Of a stretch of 64,000 bases of DNA, positions 27,284 to 36,752 are shown in pieces. Source of the stretch: Verrucomicrobiales bacterium (lineage in GTDB: Bacteria > Verrucomicrobiota > Verrucomicrobiia > Verrucomicrobiales > V1-33). Both the position numbers and the translations under genes were made by a program. The stretch's first letter is position 1. Every line of letters starts with the position of its first letter. Under the pieces are notes generated by a model. That model did no database searches and was not told the DNA's origin. It saw nothing but the letters and a program-made list of their open reading frames with translations. The stretch lies in NCBI GenBank assembly GCA_018003315.1, contig JAGNEJ010000010.1, forward strand, positions 11,044 to 75,043, read 5' to 3'.

Positions 27284-28501
27284 TCAAATGCGCAGGAACA
27301 GCCGCCGCCGCCACATCCAGAACAAGCAGAGCCAGTAGCAGAGGAGCACCACGACTCCGTCAAGAATCTCCGCAGTCGCACCGCCGAATTTGGCGAACGG
27401 ATGCCCGGCATGGGTGTGCCAGGCCTCGGAGAAGAAGTGATGGCACAGGTGCGCGATGAGATAGGCCGCGATGGAATTCATGCCGATGACTACGAGCGGA
27501 AACGCCCAGGCCCGCAGCCTGCCGATTTCCGTGATCAGATAAAAAAGCGCCAGAATCCACAAGCACCATCCGCCGCTGAAAAGCGTCCATGACGGCGTCC
27601 AGATGCGTTTCACCAGCGGACAGACATTAGCCAGGTGCAGCCCCAAGCCCGCTCCCCAGGCAATGGCGCCGACCAGGACGAACCAGCCGAAGGTTTTCCA
27701 CGGCGACTGCCCGTTGAGCAGCTGCCCTCCTGCCAGCAAGCCCAGCAGCATGGTGGCCAGTGTTGGGATGAAACTCAGGGTGGCGTATCCTCCATCGTTA
27801 AAGTGGAACGGAGCCGTGCGTGGAAACAGGTTCAGAAACCAGACATCAAAGGCCCAGGCGGCATTGCTGTTTTTGTCCCAGTGGGCGGCCAGGCCGCTCT
27901 GGTGGTGCGCCCAATCCGGCGGCACTCCCACCGCCTGCCAGTCAAATCCGCTCGGCGGTGACGGATAGAGCAGGAACGCGAGCCAGTAGCCCGCCAGGAT
28001 CAAGCCCAGCGCCGACCACTGCACGGCACGCGGACAGAGTGCCAGCAGGTAGAGGAAAAAATAGCCAAGCCCAATCTGCGTCAGGGTGTCTTCGAAAGTG
28101 AAATACGTTTTCTCCTCGCCCAGTGAGCGCAGGAAAATCCCCAGAGCCACGAGGAGCAGCGAACGCCAAAGGGCGTGGAGCACGGATTTCCACCGCGGCT
28201 GTCCGCGACTTCGCCGATTCCTCAAGGAAAAAACCAGGGCCACCCCGACCAGAAAACTGAAGGAAGGCTGAATGAGATCGTGCAGCGAACAGCCAACCCA
28301 TTCCACATGGTCGGTGTGATAGGCCACCGCCTTCGCCCAGGCGGCATCGGGAAAAACCTGGGTCAGCAGGCCCAGGTGCAGCACTTCTGCCATCATCAGC
28401 AGCATCACCAAGCCGCGGAAGGCGTCGATCGCCACAATGCGAACTCCGGTGGCAGGCTCGGTGGAAATTGGAGAAGCGGCGGGTAAAGGTTCGGCATCCA
28501 T
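27284..28501 (-). CDS. Integral-membrane acyltransferase-like protein (DUF5009/HGSNAT-like)
   Basis: RIVAIDAFRGLVMLLMM motif followed by many TM helices. Start chosen at the internal ATG 28499-28501 (MDAEPL). Confidence 0.5.
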   Translation of the reverse strand: MDAEPLPAASPISTEPATGVRIVAIDAFRGLVMLLMMAEVLHLGLLTQVFPDAAWAKAVAYHTDHVEWVGCSLHDLIQPSFSFLVGVALVFSLRNRRSRGQPRWKSVLHALWRSLLLVALGIFLRSLGEEKTYFTFEDTLTQIGLGYFFLYLLALCPRAVQWSALGLILAGYWLAFLLYPSPPSGFDWQAVGVPPDWAHHQSGLAAHWDKNSNAAWAFDVWFLNLFPRTAPFHFNDGGYATLSFIPTLATMLLGLLAGGQLLNGQSPWKTFGWFVLVGAIAWGAGLGLHLANVCPLVKRIWTPSWTLFSGGWCLWILALFYLITEIGRLRAWAFPLVVIGMNSIAAYLIAHLCHHFFSEAWHTHAGHPFAKFGGATAEILDGVVVLLCYWLCLFWMWRRRLFLRI

Positions 28502-28624
28502 GCGGGGCAAGATTGCCAAATGAATGCCGTCCCTGTCAATGCATGGTGGCGCGTGCGAACGCGCCGGGAAAATGAAGCTTGGCATCCCCGGCCAGCGGCG
28601 CACAATGCGGCACCTTCATCCGCC

Positions 28625-29818
28625 ATGACTGCACCGCCCAAAGTCCGTTCCGGCCTTGATGTCCTCGCCGCACAACGCTTCGCCCCGCTGGCAGGGAAAG
28701 CCATCGGGCTGGTGACCCACCCCGCAGCGGTGGATGCTCAACTGCGGCACGCCATCGACCTCTTTTCGAGCGCGCCCAAGGTGCGGCTTGCCGCCATTTT
28801 TGGGCCTGAACATGGCCTGGATGGGCAGGCGCAGGATTTGATTTCAGTGAACAGCGGGGAAGCCAAACTGCAGGGCCTCGAAATCCACAGCCTGTATGGG
28901 GAGACTGAAAGCAGCCTCCACCCCAACGCCGAACATCTGCGCGGCCTCGATGCGCTGGTGATCGACATGCAGGACATTTGCAGCCGGTATTACACCTTCC
29001 AGGCAACGATGCTGTACTGCCTGCAGGCAGCGCTTCCGCTCGGAATGCAGGTGCTGGTGCTCGACCGGCCCAATCCACTGGGCGGACTCACCGTGGAGGG
29101 ACCAGCGGTGAGAAAAGGCTTTGAAAGTTTTGTCAGTGTGCACAACCTCGCCACCCGTCACGGGCTGACCATGGGTGAACTGGCGCTGCTTTACGAGAAG
29201 GAACTGGGGCTGGACCGTGGGGAGTTGCGCATCATTCCCTGCGAAGGATGGAAACGGGGCGATTGCTTCGATGCCACCGGACTGCCCTGGGTTCTTCCTT
29301 CCCCTAACATGCCCACGCTGGACACGGCGGTCGTTTACCCCGGCCAGTGCCTGCTGGAAGGGACCAATCTCAGCGAAGGCCGTGGAACCACCCGCCCGTT
29401 CGAAATCTGCGGAGCCCCCTGGATTGATGCCGCGAAACTGGCGCAGCACATGAATGCACAAAAACTTCCAGGAGTGCATTTTCGCCCTGTCTGGTTTCGC
29501 CCCACCTTTCAGAAACATGCCGGCAAGGATTGCGGCGGCGTGCAGTTGCATGTCACCAGCCGTTCGGATTTTCAGCCGGTCCGCTCCAGTCTGGCCCTGC
29601 TGGCTGCATTCATAGAAATGTCAGGAAAACATTTCGCCTGGCGCACGGAAATCTATGAATTTGTCCGCGACCCCATCGCGATCGATCTGCTGTTTGGGTC
29701 TGCGAGGGAGCGCACGCTGCTCGATGCGGGCAGCCCGTGGCGCAACGCTCTGCCGCAGTGGGAGAAGGAGGAGGAAGCATTCAGGCACCGGCGGCATCAG
29801 ATTCTGCTCTACGATTGA
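28625..29818 (+). CDS. namZ: DUF1343 family exo-beta-N-acetylmuramidase (NamZ-like)
   Basis: Motifs GLVTHPAAVD and LAAIFGPEHGLDGQAQD. Start chosen at ATG 28625 (MTAPPK). Confidence 0.7.
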   Translation: MTAPPKVRSGLDVLAAQRFAPLAGKAIGLVTHPAAVDAQLRHAIDLFSSAPKVRLAAIFGPEHGLDGQAQDLISVNSGEAKLQGLEIHSLYGETESSLHPNAEHLRGLDALVIDMQDICSRYYTFQATMLYCLQAALPLGMQVLVLDRPNPLGGLTVEGPAVRKGFESFVSVHNLATRHGLTMGELALLYEKELGLDRGELRIIPCEGWKRGDCFDATGLPWVLPSPNMPTLDTAVVYPGQCLLEGTNLSEGRGTTRPFEICGAPWIDAAKLAQHMNAQKLPGVHFRPVWFRPTFQKHAGKDCGGVQLHVTSRSDFQPVRSSLALLAAFIEMSGKHFAWRTEIYEFVRDPIAIDLLFGSARERTLLDAGSPWRNALPQWEKEEEAFRHRRHQILLYD

Positions 29819-30679
29819 TGCGCTTCGAATGGCCTGTCTGGATCCCAAATGTGCTGCCGAAAGCGGTTCTTTGCGCCGTCGATCCCTGGTGCCAGGATGC
29901 TTCGGGGTTGGACCGGCCAGCAGGTCGTAACCGCGGGCGAAAAACCCTGTCATGCTCCCCGCTTTGTCATCGGCGAAATGGAGCCTGCCCGTCAGGGTAA
30001 CCTGGTCCCCCACGCCGAAGAGTCGGATGGGTGCCATCTGGGCGGGCGAGACCGTCTTGGCATTCTTCGAAGACTTTGCCTCCTTGGGCTGCGGATACTT
30101 GATCAGCGTTCTGTTTTCGATCCGCAATTTTTGTTTGGATCCACCCCAGACTGCCTCATGGCTTCCGGCGGAAAGGCACAGGCCTCCTTCCAGTTCCACG
30201 ATGATCGTCTCCAGACTGCTCTCCCGGAAACTGGAAATCTGGACCACCTTTCCCCTGACCTTGGCAATGGTGCCGCCGCCTGGCGACGGTACCGGAATGC
30301 CCATTCGGTAAACTTGGCTCGCCGCGATGGAAGAAAGTGAAGCCACTGGCTTGTTCGCCTTTTTGACCGCCGCAGCGCCCTTCGTTGAGAGGGCTGCCAG
30401 TTTGTCGCTTACCTCCTTTTTAAGCATTTTTCCGATCCGCGCCTTTTCCCCAGCCAGATATTGCTGATCCGTTTCGGAAAGAAAATTCACCGAAGTCGCG
30501 ACATCCTTTCCGGATTGGAGGCGCAGCGTGATCTCGGAGCCTTGCTGCTTGACCAGCCGCGCACGTATTTCCTTTCCATCCTGGCTTCTCCACTCGCGCA
30601 CTGGCCAGGGCAGCGACTCTGCGCCGACGCTGCCCAATGCCGGCAAAACATACGTCAGGACTTTCCAAAACAACCGCAT
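29621..30679 (-). CDS. Secreted SHD1-domain protein
   Basis: Signal peptide MRLFWKVLTYVLPALGSVGA, then an SLA1-homology-like motif WRSQDGKEIRARLVKQQGSEITLRL...FLSETDQQYL. The 3' approximately 198 nt overlap the namZ 3' end convergently, so the true C-terminus is uncertain. Confidence 0.5.
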   Translation of the reverse strand: MRLFWKVLTYVLPALGSVGAESLPWPVREWRSQDGKEIRARLVKQQGSEITLRLQSGKDVATSVNFLSETDQQYLAGEKARIGKMLKKEVSDKLAALSTKGAAAVKKANKPVASLSSIAASQVYRMGIPVPSPGGGTIAKVRGKVVQISSFRESSLETIIVELEGGLCLSAGSHEAVWGGSKQKLRIENRTLIKYPQPKEAKSSKNAKTVSPAQMAPIRLFGVGDQVTLTGRLHFADDKAGSMTGFFARGYDLLAGPTPKHPGTRDRRRKEPLSAAHLGSRQAIRSASIVEQNLMPPVPECFLLLLPLRQSVAPRAARIEQRALPRRPKQQIDRDGVADKFIDFRAPGEMFS

Positions 30680-30709
30680 GCGGAACCCATAGCAGGAGTG
30701 CTTGCGATC

Positions 30710-31249
30710 TCAAGCCTTGTCCGCAATGGCATTGGACCTGATGAATCCCAGGAAATCCGGAATGTCGCCGGAATGGCGGCTTTCAAACCGGTTCACGATC
30801 TCCCCATGGTTCAGCAAAAAAGCCCCGGCGAGTTGCCGTACGTCCGCCCGGATTTTCCCCTGACGGTGCCCGCGGAGGAAGGCCCGTGTGCCCCGGACGA
30901 TGACCTGCCAGCCCAACAGTTGCCGCCACCGTCCGCGCTGCAGTCCCAGTGCGGCATGGTGCCTCCCGTCGGCATCCTCAACGCCACCGACTCCTTCCAG
31001 GCCGTGCCTCTGCAATGTCCGGCGAAAGCATTCGGGCTCGCGGTCAAGGTGCAGAAGCACGATGCGGATGCCGCGGGATTCGATTTCCTTCCGCTGTTTC
31101 CCCAACTGGGACAGCATTTCAGAGGTAAAGATTCAGCCTGGATGCCGCAGGCACACCAGGAGAACCGGTGCGGCAACACTTGCCTCCGCAAGACTGCCCC
31201 CGCCCGGCAGCAGAATGTTGGACAGGACGGAATGCGCGGAGGGAATCAC
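30710..31249 (-). CDS. Peroxiredoxin-like (AhpC/TSA_2, PRXL2/SelU-like) protein with in-frame TGA: candidate selenoprotein
   Basis: Reading upstream of the 30710..31117 ORF in the same frame gives V-IPSAHSVLSNILLPGGGSLAEASVAAPVLLVCLRHPG-[TGA 31133-31135]-IFTSEMLSQLGK... The TGA sits where homologs have the redox Cys (LRHxGCxxC). The GTG start at 31247-31249 overlaps the sorB stop (GTGA). A hairpin lies 18 nt after the TGA. Confidence 0.55.
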
Positions 31250-31608
31250 TGCTTTCCGTAGGCAGCCGTTAGGTAATCCACCAGTGGCTGAATGTCTGCG
31301 GGCAATGGGGCGGCGTATTTGTCCTTCATCTTTTTCACGGTGGCCTCCCAGAATTTCCGGGGCATGGGCGGCTGCATGGAGACGTAGTCGGCGGAATGGC
31401 AGTTCATGCAGAACGCCGCTGCGAGTTCCGCATTTTTCCCTGGTCGGTAGGCAGCGGTTTCGGCGGGGAGTTCGATGGTGACCGTCTGCGCGATGCCGGC
31501 GGTGAGGGCGGCCAGGGCCGTCGCAAAAATCAGGACGAATTTCAACGGAGGTTTCACGGGAAATTTTTTGTTATTCGGTGGACGTGACATGGACGGTTTC
31601 GACGACAT
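31246..31608 (-). CDS. sorB: Monoheme cytochrome c subunit of sulfite dehydrogenase (SorB-like)
   Basis: TM/signal segment, then the heme motif CMNCH. Directly downstream of sorA. The exact start is uncertain because it overlaps the sorA end. Confidence 0.65.
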   Translation of the reverse strand: MSSKPSMSRPPNNKKFPVKPPLKFVLIFATALAALTAGIAQTVTIELPAETAAYRPGKNAELAAAFCMNCHSADYVSMQPPMPRKFWEATVKKMKDKYAAPLPADIQPLVDYLTAAYGKQ

Positions 31609-32782
31609 TGCGCATGTAGCCGGCGGGGTTCCAGAGCGGCTCCATGGGCTGGGATTCGCCGAGGCGGTTGAAGGCGCGGCATTGCAGAGCGTGAGATTTC
31701 ACTCCGGCCGGCGGGTTCCATGACAGCGTCCACTCGCGGAAGGAATAGCGGCCCTCGTCCCTGCCGAGTGCGGCGGCCTGCCAGTGCCTGCCCCCGTCGG
31801 CAGAGACTTGGACCTCGGTAATGCCCTCGCCGCTGTCGAAGGCAATGCCGCGCAGGGTGAGCGGCACGCCGGATTTCACGGTCGATCCATCGGTTAGGCT
31901 GGTCAGGAAGGACCGGATTTTGAATTTGGTGATGGGGATGGTGGAGGATGGCGTGGCACCCGGCTCCACGCATCCGCCGGGCGTGGCAGGGATGCGGTAG
32001 CCTGCGCTCATGAAGAATCCGTCGAACGTCTCCGGGACCACGGTGAGGCTGCTGAGGTGCTTGATCCAGTAGGTGCCGAAATAGCCCGGCACCACGAGAC
32101 GCAGCGGGAACCCATTGAGCACGGGCAGCGGTTCTCCGTTCATTTCCCATGCCACCAGGACGTCGGGGCTGCGGGCGAGATCCATTTCCAGAGCCTTGAT
32201 GAAATCCGGAGTTCCCTCGATCACCGCCCGGTCCAAACCATCACACACCACTTGCCGCGCCCCGGCCTTCACCCCGGCTTTGTCCAGAATGTCCTTGAGC
32301 CGGACGCCTTTCCATCGGGCGTTTCCCATGGCTCCATGGCCGAGCTGGCCTCCGCCGACCCGCGGCAGGAAAAAGCCCCGACTGTTGCCGGAGCATTGGT
32401 TTACCGCGGTGATTTCCACGGCTTCAAATTGCGCCTTCAAGTCGGCAGGTGACAACTCCAGTTCCCTGTTCACCAAGCCGGTCACCTTCAGCCGGTGCGC
32501 CGCGGGATCAATGCTCAGCGGAATGTTCGAGAGGTGGTAGCGCACGAAGAACGCGTCGTTGGGGGTGATGATGCCTTCATTGAAAACGGAGAAGGGAGTC
32601 TCCAACTGCGGCGGACGCGCGGTGAGGAGGATCAGGGATCGTTTCTGAGGATACTTGGCGAGGGTGCGCTCCCCGTTTTCAAACGGCAGTCGGACCGTTT
32701 CCGCTCCCGCCTGCCCCGCTCCTGCGGCTGCCGCCATGGTCAGGGTTTTGAGAAAACTGCGCCTTGTGGAAAAATCGTTCAT
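31571..32782 (-). CDS. sorA: Molybdopterin sulfite dehydrogenase catalytic subunit (sulfite oxidase family, SorA-like)
   Basis: TAT signal STRRSFLKTLTMAAAAGAG. The Mo-ligand Cys motif is NQCSGNSRG, and a Moco dimerisation-type C-terminus is present. Confidence 0.8.
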   Translation of the reverse strand: MNDFSTRRSFLKTLTMAAAAGAGQAGAETVRLPFENGERTLAKYPQKRSLILLTARPPQLETPFSVFNEGIITPNDAFFVRYHLSNIPLSIDPAAHRLKVTGLVNRELELSPADLKAQFEAVEITAVNQCSGNSRGFFLPRVGGGQLGHGAMGNARWKGVRLKDILDKAGVKAGARQVVCDGLDRAVIEGTPDFIKALEMDLARSPDVLVAWEMNGEPLPVLNGFPLRLVVPGYFGTYWIKHLSSLTVVPETFDGFFMSAGYRIPATPGGCVEPGATPSSTIPITKFKIRSFLTSLTDGSTVKSGVPLTLRGIAFDSGEGITEVQVSADGGRHWQAAALGRDEGRYSFREWTLSWNPPAGVKSHALQCRAFNRLGESQPMEPLWNPAGYMRNVVETVHVTSTE

Positions 32783-32884
32783 GAACTCATTTTCAGCAGA
32801 TCAGCATTTTTGTAAAGCGCTGGTGCATGGAGCGGCAATCCTGCGTGTCCACTCTGCCGTTGCCTCCCATGCCGCGGACGGCCA

Positions 32885-33631
32885 TCACTGCCGCAGCAGA
32901 TCGATTTCCACCGGCATCGGCACGACTTTATACGGACCGGAGTGGTCTGTGGATTCTTCGATGCTGGCGGCAGTGCCGTTTTCGAATGCGACCGTCCGGC
33001 GTCCGGTTTCCATCTTCACATAAGTAGTCGTGTAGAAAATGCGGCCGAATTGGTCGCGCATGGCGGTGCGCTGGGGCACGGAACGATACATGACATATTC
33101 ATAGACCACCGACTGCCCGGTTTTGTCGAGCTTGCTGCTGGTCCGGGTCGGTTTTCCCAGTACGCGCTCCACTTCCTCCGGAGTCATCCCAAGGGCCACT
33201 TCGCGGTTGCGGATCAATTCCTCGACCTGCCGGTGGCGCTCCACCATTCGGGTGATGCGATCCATCACCTGCGGATCAATTTCCTGAAGCGAAGCTTTGG
33301 CCACCCAGCCAGAGACATCATCGTGCTCCGCCCGGCCCCGCACCCTGATTGCCTTTTCGTGCAGGGCGACCACGCTGACAATGCGTCCTGCGGGAATGAC
33401 TCCGAGGCGGCGCTCTCCTGTCAGGGTATTGTAAACAACCGCTTCCTTGGTGACCTTCAGGCGCATCGGCTTGGGCAGGATGTCTTCGACATACAGGGCG
33501 TCCTTCTCGCGGCTGAGATTTGACCCCGAAGCGTGCCGGTCTTCCCGAATGGTGATTTGAGCGGATGCGGCACCTCCCGCATTCATCCAGACAAACACCA
33601 GGGCACAGAGCAGTGCGGACTTGCGATTCAT
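32885..33631 (-). CDS. Hypothetical secreted protein
   Basis: Start chosen at MNRKSALLCALVFVWMNAGGAASA (signal peptide). No catalytic motif recognised. Confidence 0.4.
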   Translation of the reverse strand: MNRKSALLCALVFVWMNAGGAASAQITIREDRHASGSNLSREKDALYVEDILPKPMRLKVTKEAVVYNTLTGERRLGVIPAGRIVSVVALHEKAIRVRGRAEHDDVSGWVAKASLQEIDPQVMDRITRMVERHRQVEELIRNREVALGMTPEEVERVLGKPTRTSSKLDKTGQSVVYEYVMYRSVPQRTAMRDQFGRIFYTTTYVKMETGRRTVAFENGTAASIEESTDHSGPYKVVPMPVEIDLLRQ

Positions 33632-33698
33632 GCAGCAGAATACTTCATCGCGCAGCGTTTGGGAAGCGGGGATTCCGTCCGCAGCAGGAATTTGCGCA

Positions 33699-34925
33699 TC
33701 AGTCCCCGTGGTGTGCGCCATCACTGCAGGACTCCCACTGCCGTCGCAGCCGACGCCACCAGCGCCGCTGCCACCACGGAGCCGTTGCCGCCTGGGTTTC
33801 CAGCCAGGTCATTCTGGCCTGATGACTGGCGGCGCGTTGCTTCCAAACTTCCGCCCGGCAGGCGGCGGTTTCCTTGTCCTGCACCAGCTTGGCACGGCGA
33901 GCATCTGCATCCTTCACCCGCGCGGCCAATGACACCAGGTAGGTTCCCACCGCCCGGGATTCACTGTCTGGATCACTGGAAATCTCGGGCGATTCAGCCA
34001 TCACCGAGGCATAAATCTCCAGCAGCCGGTCTGCGGCACGTTCCAAGGCAAACTCATTGCGGATGCGCCTGGTGACGGATTCCGTTTCTTCCGGACGGAT
34101 GCGCCGCAGTTCAGCAGCCACCGCGGCAGTCTGGATCGGTGGTGCATTGGTCTCCGCGGTGAAATTCCGATCCGCCATTTCCTCGAAATTTCCCGGATGG
34201 ACGCGCCCTTCCGCCTGCAATGCGGTCACGGGGAGCACCGCGCAGCCGCAGGCCATTGCTTCGATGGCAGATCGGCCGCCGGCAAAAACCACATCGAATC
34301 CGGGAAGCAGCCTGCCAGGGTTGGCATCCGTTTTTCCAAACGCCTCGCCGACGCCGTCCAGTGTCAGTCCCACAGCCTGACAGGCTGCTTGCAGCGCATG
34401 GAAAGCAGGCCCCGAAGCCAGCATGGTGTTGTGAAACACCAGCGCCCTCCCCGTGCGCTGGCCGGGCGGACGCCGATGGGGAAAGCGTGCGGCATCAAAA
34501 AAATTCCTGACAACTTCCAGGGATGTTTCCGAAACGCCGCACTCCTGCGCCACCCACCAGCCAAAGCGCGGCGAAGTGGCCAGATAACGGCGCAGCCGCG
34601 GATGCACGGGAGGATGCTCCTCCCAAGGCGTGGCGCCGTGCAGGAAATACACCCCAGGCACTCCCGGCCACAGGCTGAGGGCCGCCATCGTTTCCAAATG
34701 ATGCTGCCCGTGAATCAAGTCAGGGCGGAACGGGCAGTCCGCGGGGCTGCTGACCACGGGCACGTTCTGTTCCTGCAGCATCCCGGAAATTTCACCCGGC
34801 ACCGTGCTGAAGACGCAAACCCGATGTCCGCGCCGCTGCAGTTCCACCGCCACCTCCGCGACAAACAACTCGCTGCCTCCGCGCTGGCGCAGCCGGTGAT
34901 TGGTCAGCAGCAGGTTCATTGGCAC
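33699..34925 (-). CDS. Glycosyltransferase (GT-B, GT4-like), paralog 3
   Basis: N-terminus is MPMNLLLTNHRLRQRGGSELFVAEVAVELQRRGHRVCVF. PDLIHGQHHLETM and SAIEAMACGCAVL blocks match the GT pair at 12140-14289. It has a coiled-coil C-terminal tail. Confidence 0.55.
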   Translation of the reverse strand: MPMNLLLTNHRLRQRGGSELFVAEVAVELQRRGHRVCVFSTVPGEISGMLQEQNVPVVSSPADCPFRPDLIHGQHHLETMAALSLWPGVPGVYFLHGATPWEEHPPVHPRLRRYLATSPRFGWWVAQECGVSETSLEVVRNFFDAARFPHRRPPGQRTGRALVFHNTMLASGPAFHALQAACQAVGLTLDGVGEAFGKTDANPGRLLPGFDVVFAGGRSAIEAMACGCAVLPVTALQAEGRVHPGNFEEMADRNFTAETNAPPIQTAAVAAELRRIRPEETESVTRRIRNEFALERAADRLLEIYASVMAESPEISSDPDSESRAVGTYLVSLAARVKDADARRAKLVQDKETAACRAEVWKQRAASHQARMTWLETQAATAPWWQRRWWRRLRRQWESCSDGAHHGD

Positions 34926-34955
34926 TGGATGCAGTCAAACCGGCACGCCCAGCAT

Positions 34956-35357
34956 TCAGGACTGTTCCGAATCCGGGGAGAAGCGGTTCACTCTGACAAA
35001 AAGCGCCTGCAACAGGTCCGCGCCGCCGAATTCCGTCGCAGGAAATTCGGACGCTTTCAACCGTCTCTGCTCCTGGGAGTCTAAACCCCTTGTTAGTGCA
35101 TCCAAGGAAAACGGATCGTCCCGCAGCGTCCGGAAGTTTTCCGAGGGTTGTGGTGTCAAACTGGCAGGCACTTTTGGTTCCGGGGGTGCCTGGACCATGC
35201 CGAGACTGGCCAGGAATACGGACAAGATAATGTGATGTCGCAGCATGACCGCAATGATGCGGGCAGATCTGCGGATTGGCAATGACTGACCTCTGCCCAG
35301 TGGCACGTCAAACCATTCGCCGGAGAGGTCAAGGGGAGCGCCGCGCGCCGCGAGCAT
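34956..35357 (-). CDS. Hypothetical small protein
   Basis: 133-aa ORF with an internal hydrophobic segment (ILSVFLASLGMV). Weak evidence. Confidence 0.25.
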   Translation of the reverse strand: MLAARGAPLDLSGEWFDVPLGRGQSLPIRRSARIIAVMLRHHIILSVFLASLGMVQAPPEPKVPASLTPQPSENFRTLRDDPFSLDALTRGLDSQEQRRLKASEFPATEFGGADLLQALFVRVNRFSPDSEQS

Positions 35358-35429
35358 AGCATCAAATTGGGTTGGACAGAAAATTCAAAAATTGATAGCA
35401 TCCTTCAAAATTAACCCACAGCCAATGTC

Positions 35430-36152
35430 ATGAAACGATCCAGCAGGTTTGCGAATTCGATTCTTCTCATCACCGTCTGCACCGCACCGCTCACCGTCCG
35501 AGGGGCGCTTTTTCAGGACAACTTCGACACCTATGTGGCTGGCTCGCAGATGCACGGCCAAGGCGGCTGGAAGGGGTGGGACAACACCCCTGGCGCGGGA
35601 GCGCTCGCGGACAACGCCTTCTCATTTTCGGCAAGCAACTCAGTGAATATCAATGGCGGGTCGGATCTCGTGCAGACATTCACCGGCGCGACCAGCGGCC
35701 AGTGGGTCTTCCGGGCGATGCAGTATGTTCCAAGCTCCTCTGCCGGCGACTCCTTCATCATCCTTCTGAACACCTACAATGACGGCGGCCCCTACAATTG
35801 GAGCATTCAGACCCACATGAACCTGGGCACGAATGTGGTGACCGCAGACTACGGCGGTGGCACCCTGCCGCTCCTCAAGGACCAGTGGGTAGAATACCGT
35901 GCAGAAATCAATCTGGATGCCAATTCTGTCACCGAGTTCTACAATAATCAGCCGCTAGGGACGCACACCTGGACGTCCGATGGCAACAGCGTCCTCGCCA
36001 TCGCGGCTGTGGACCTTTTCGCAAACGGGGCCGGAGCGGTTTACTACGACAACGTGAGCCTTGTTCCCGAACCTTCTTCCGCTCTGCTCAGCGCCGTCAC
36101 CGCAATTGCCGGCCTGTGCCTGGTGCGCAACCGCAAAGGGATGCCGAATTAG
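35430..36152 (+). CDS. PEP-CTERM-anchored secreted protein (lectin/LamG-like body)
   Basis: Signal peptide at the N-terminus. The C-terminal sorting signal is VPEPSSALLSAVTAIAGLCLVRNRKG. Confidence 0.7.
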   Translation: MKRSSRFANSILLITVCTAPLTVRGALFQDNFDTYVAGSQMHGQGGWKGWDNTPGAGALADNAFSFSASNSVNINGGSDLVQTFTGATSGQWVFRAMQYVPSSSAGDSFIILLNTYNDGGPYNWSIQTHMNLGTNVVTADYGGGTLPLLKDQWVEYRAEINLDANSVTEFYNNQPLGTHTWTSDGNSVLAIAAVDLFANGAGAVYYDNVSLVPEPSSALLSAVTAIAGLCLVRNRKGMPN

Positions 36153-36437
36153 GAATTCCTTCAAGCGGTCGAAATCGGCAACCGAAGCCCTGAATTTGTC
36201 GGCTGCACAAGCGAGGCAGTCTCGGTTTGATTCTCAGGACGAAGCACGTTTCAGACATGGACCGCAGTCCCGCGGCTGCCGGATGATGCAGGGTGCGCAT
36301 CCCGTTATGAAGACGGATGCGGGTTGATGCCGGTCAAGACAATTCCGCTTGTCACGCTGGCAAAGCGTGGGAGACTTTCGTTGATCCTGTGGTCGAATCA
36401 CTTTTCGACAGCCGTTTTATCCAGCACCTAAATCCGC

Positions 36438-36743
36438 ATGGCATTCACCCGCAAACCAAACTCGCACAACGCCCGCCGTTCAAACAGCGGCGGCGGTGCC
36501 CGCCCGCGCCTTCAGCCTAGCCAGGAGGAAAGCAGCGAGGATGCGATTGCGGTGGAAGGAACCATCACCGCCGTGCTGGCAGGGACGATGTTTCGGGTTC
36601 AACTCACCAACAAGCATGAGGTGCTGGCCCATATTTCGGGCAAAATGCGCAAGCGGTTCATCCGTCTGGTGGTTGGCGACCGCGTCAAAATGGAAATGTC
36701 GCCCTACGACACCACCAAGGCGCGCATCACCTACCGTCTCTGA
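36438..36743 (+). CDS. infA: Translation initiation factor IF-1 with N-terminal extension
   Basis: The S1-like core is [65 protein letters not shown]. About 30 basic or Ser-rich residues precede the core. Confidence 0.85.
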   Translation: MAFTRKPNSHNARRSNSGGGARPRLQPSQEESSEDAIAVEGTITAVLAGTMFRVQLTNKHEVLAHISGKMRKRFIRLVVGDRVKMEMSPYDTTKARITYRL

Positions 36744-36752
36744 CGAAATTCC

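Noticed and set aside
30710-31117. The 135-aa ORF taken as a complete gene starting at ATG 31115-31117
   Set aside because: That start would delete the thioredoxin-fold active-site strand. The upstream frame is open apart from one TGA at the Cys position and reaches a GTG coupled to the sorB stop. Sec read-through, or a pseudogene, explains the sequence better.
36160-36437. Possible ncRNA or riboswitch in the 278-bp gap upstream of infA. It contains hairpins CGCATCC...GGATGCG near 36297-36322 and CACGC...GCGTG near 36352-36368.
   Set aside because: I could not match it to any RNA family from memory, and the hairpins alone are weak evidence. It is left unannotated. A covariance-model scan (Rfam/Infernal) would settle it.
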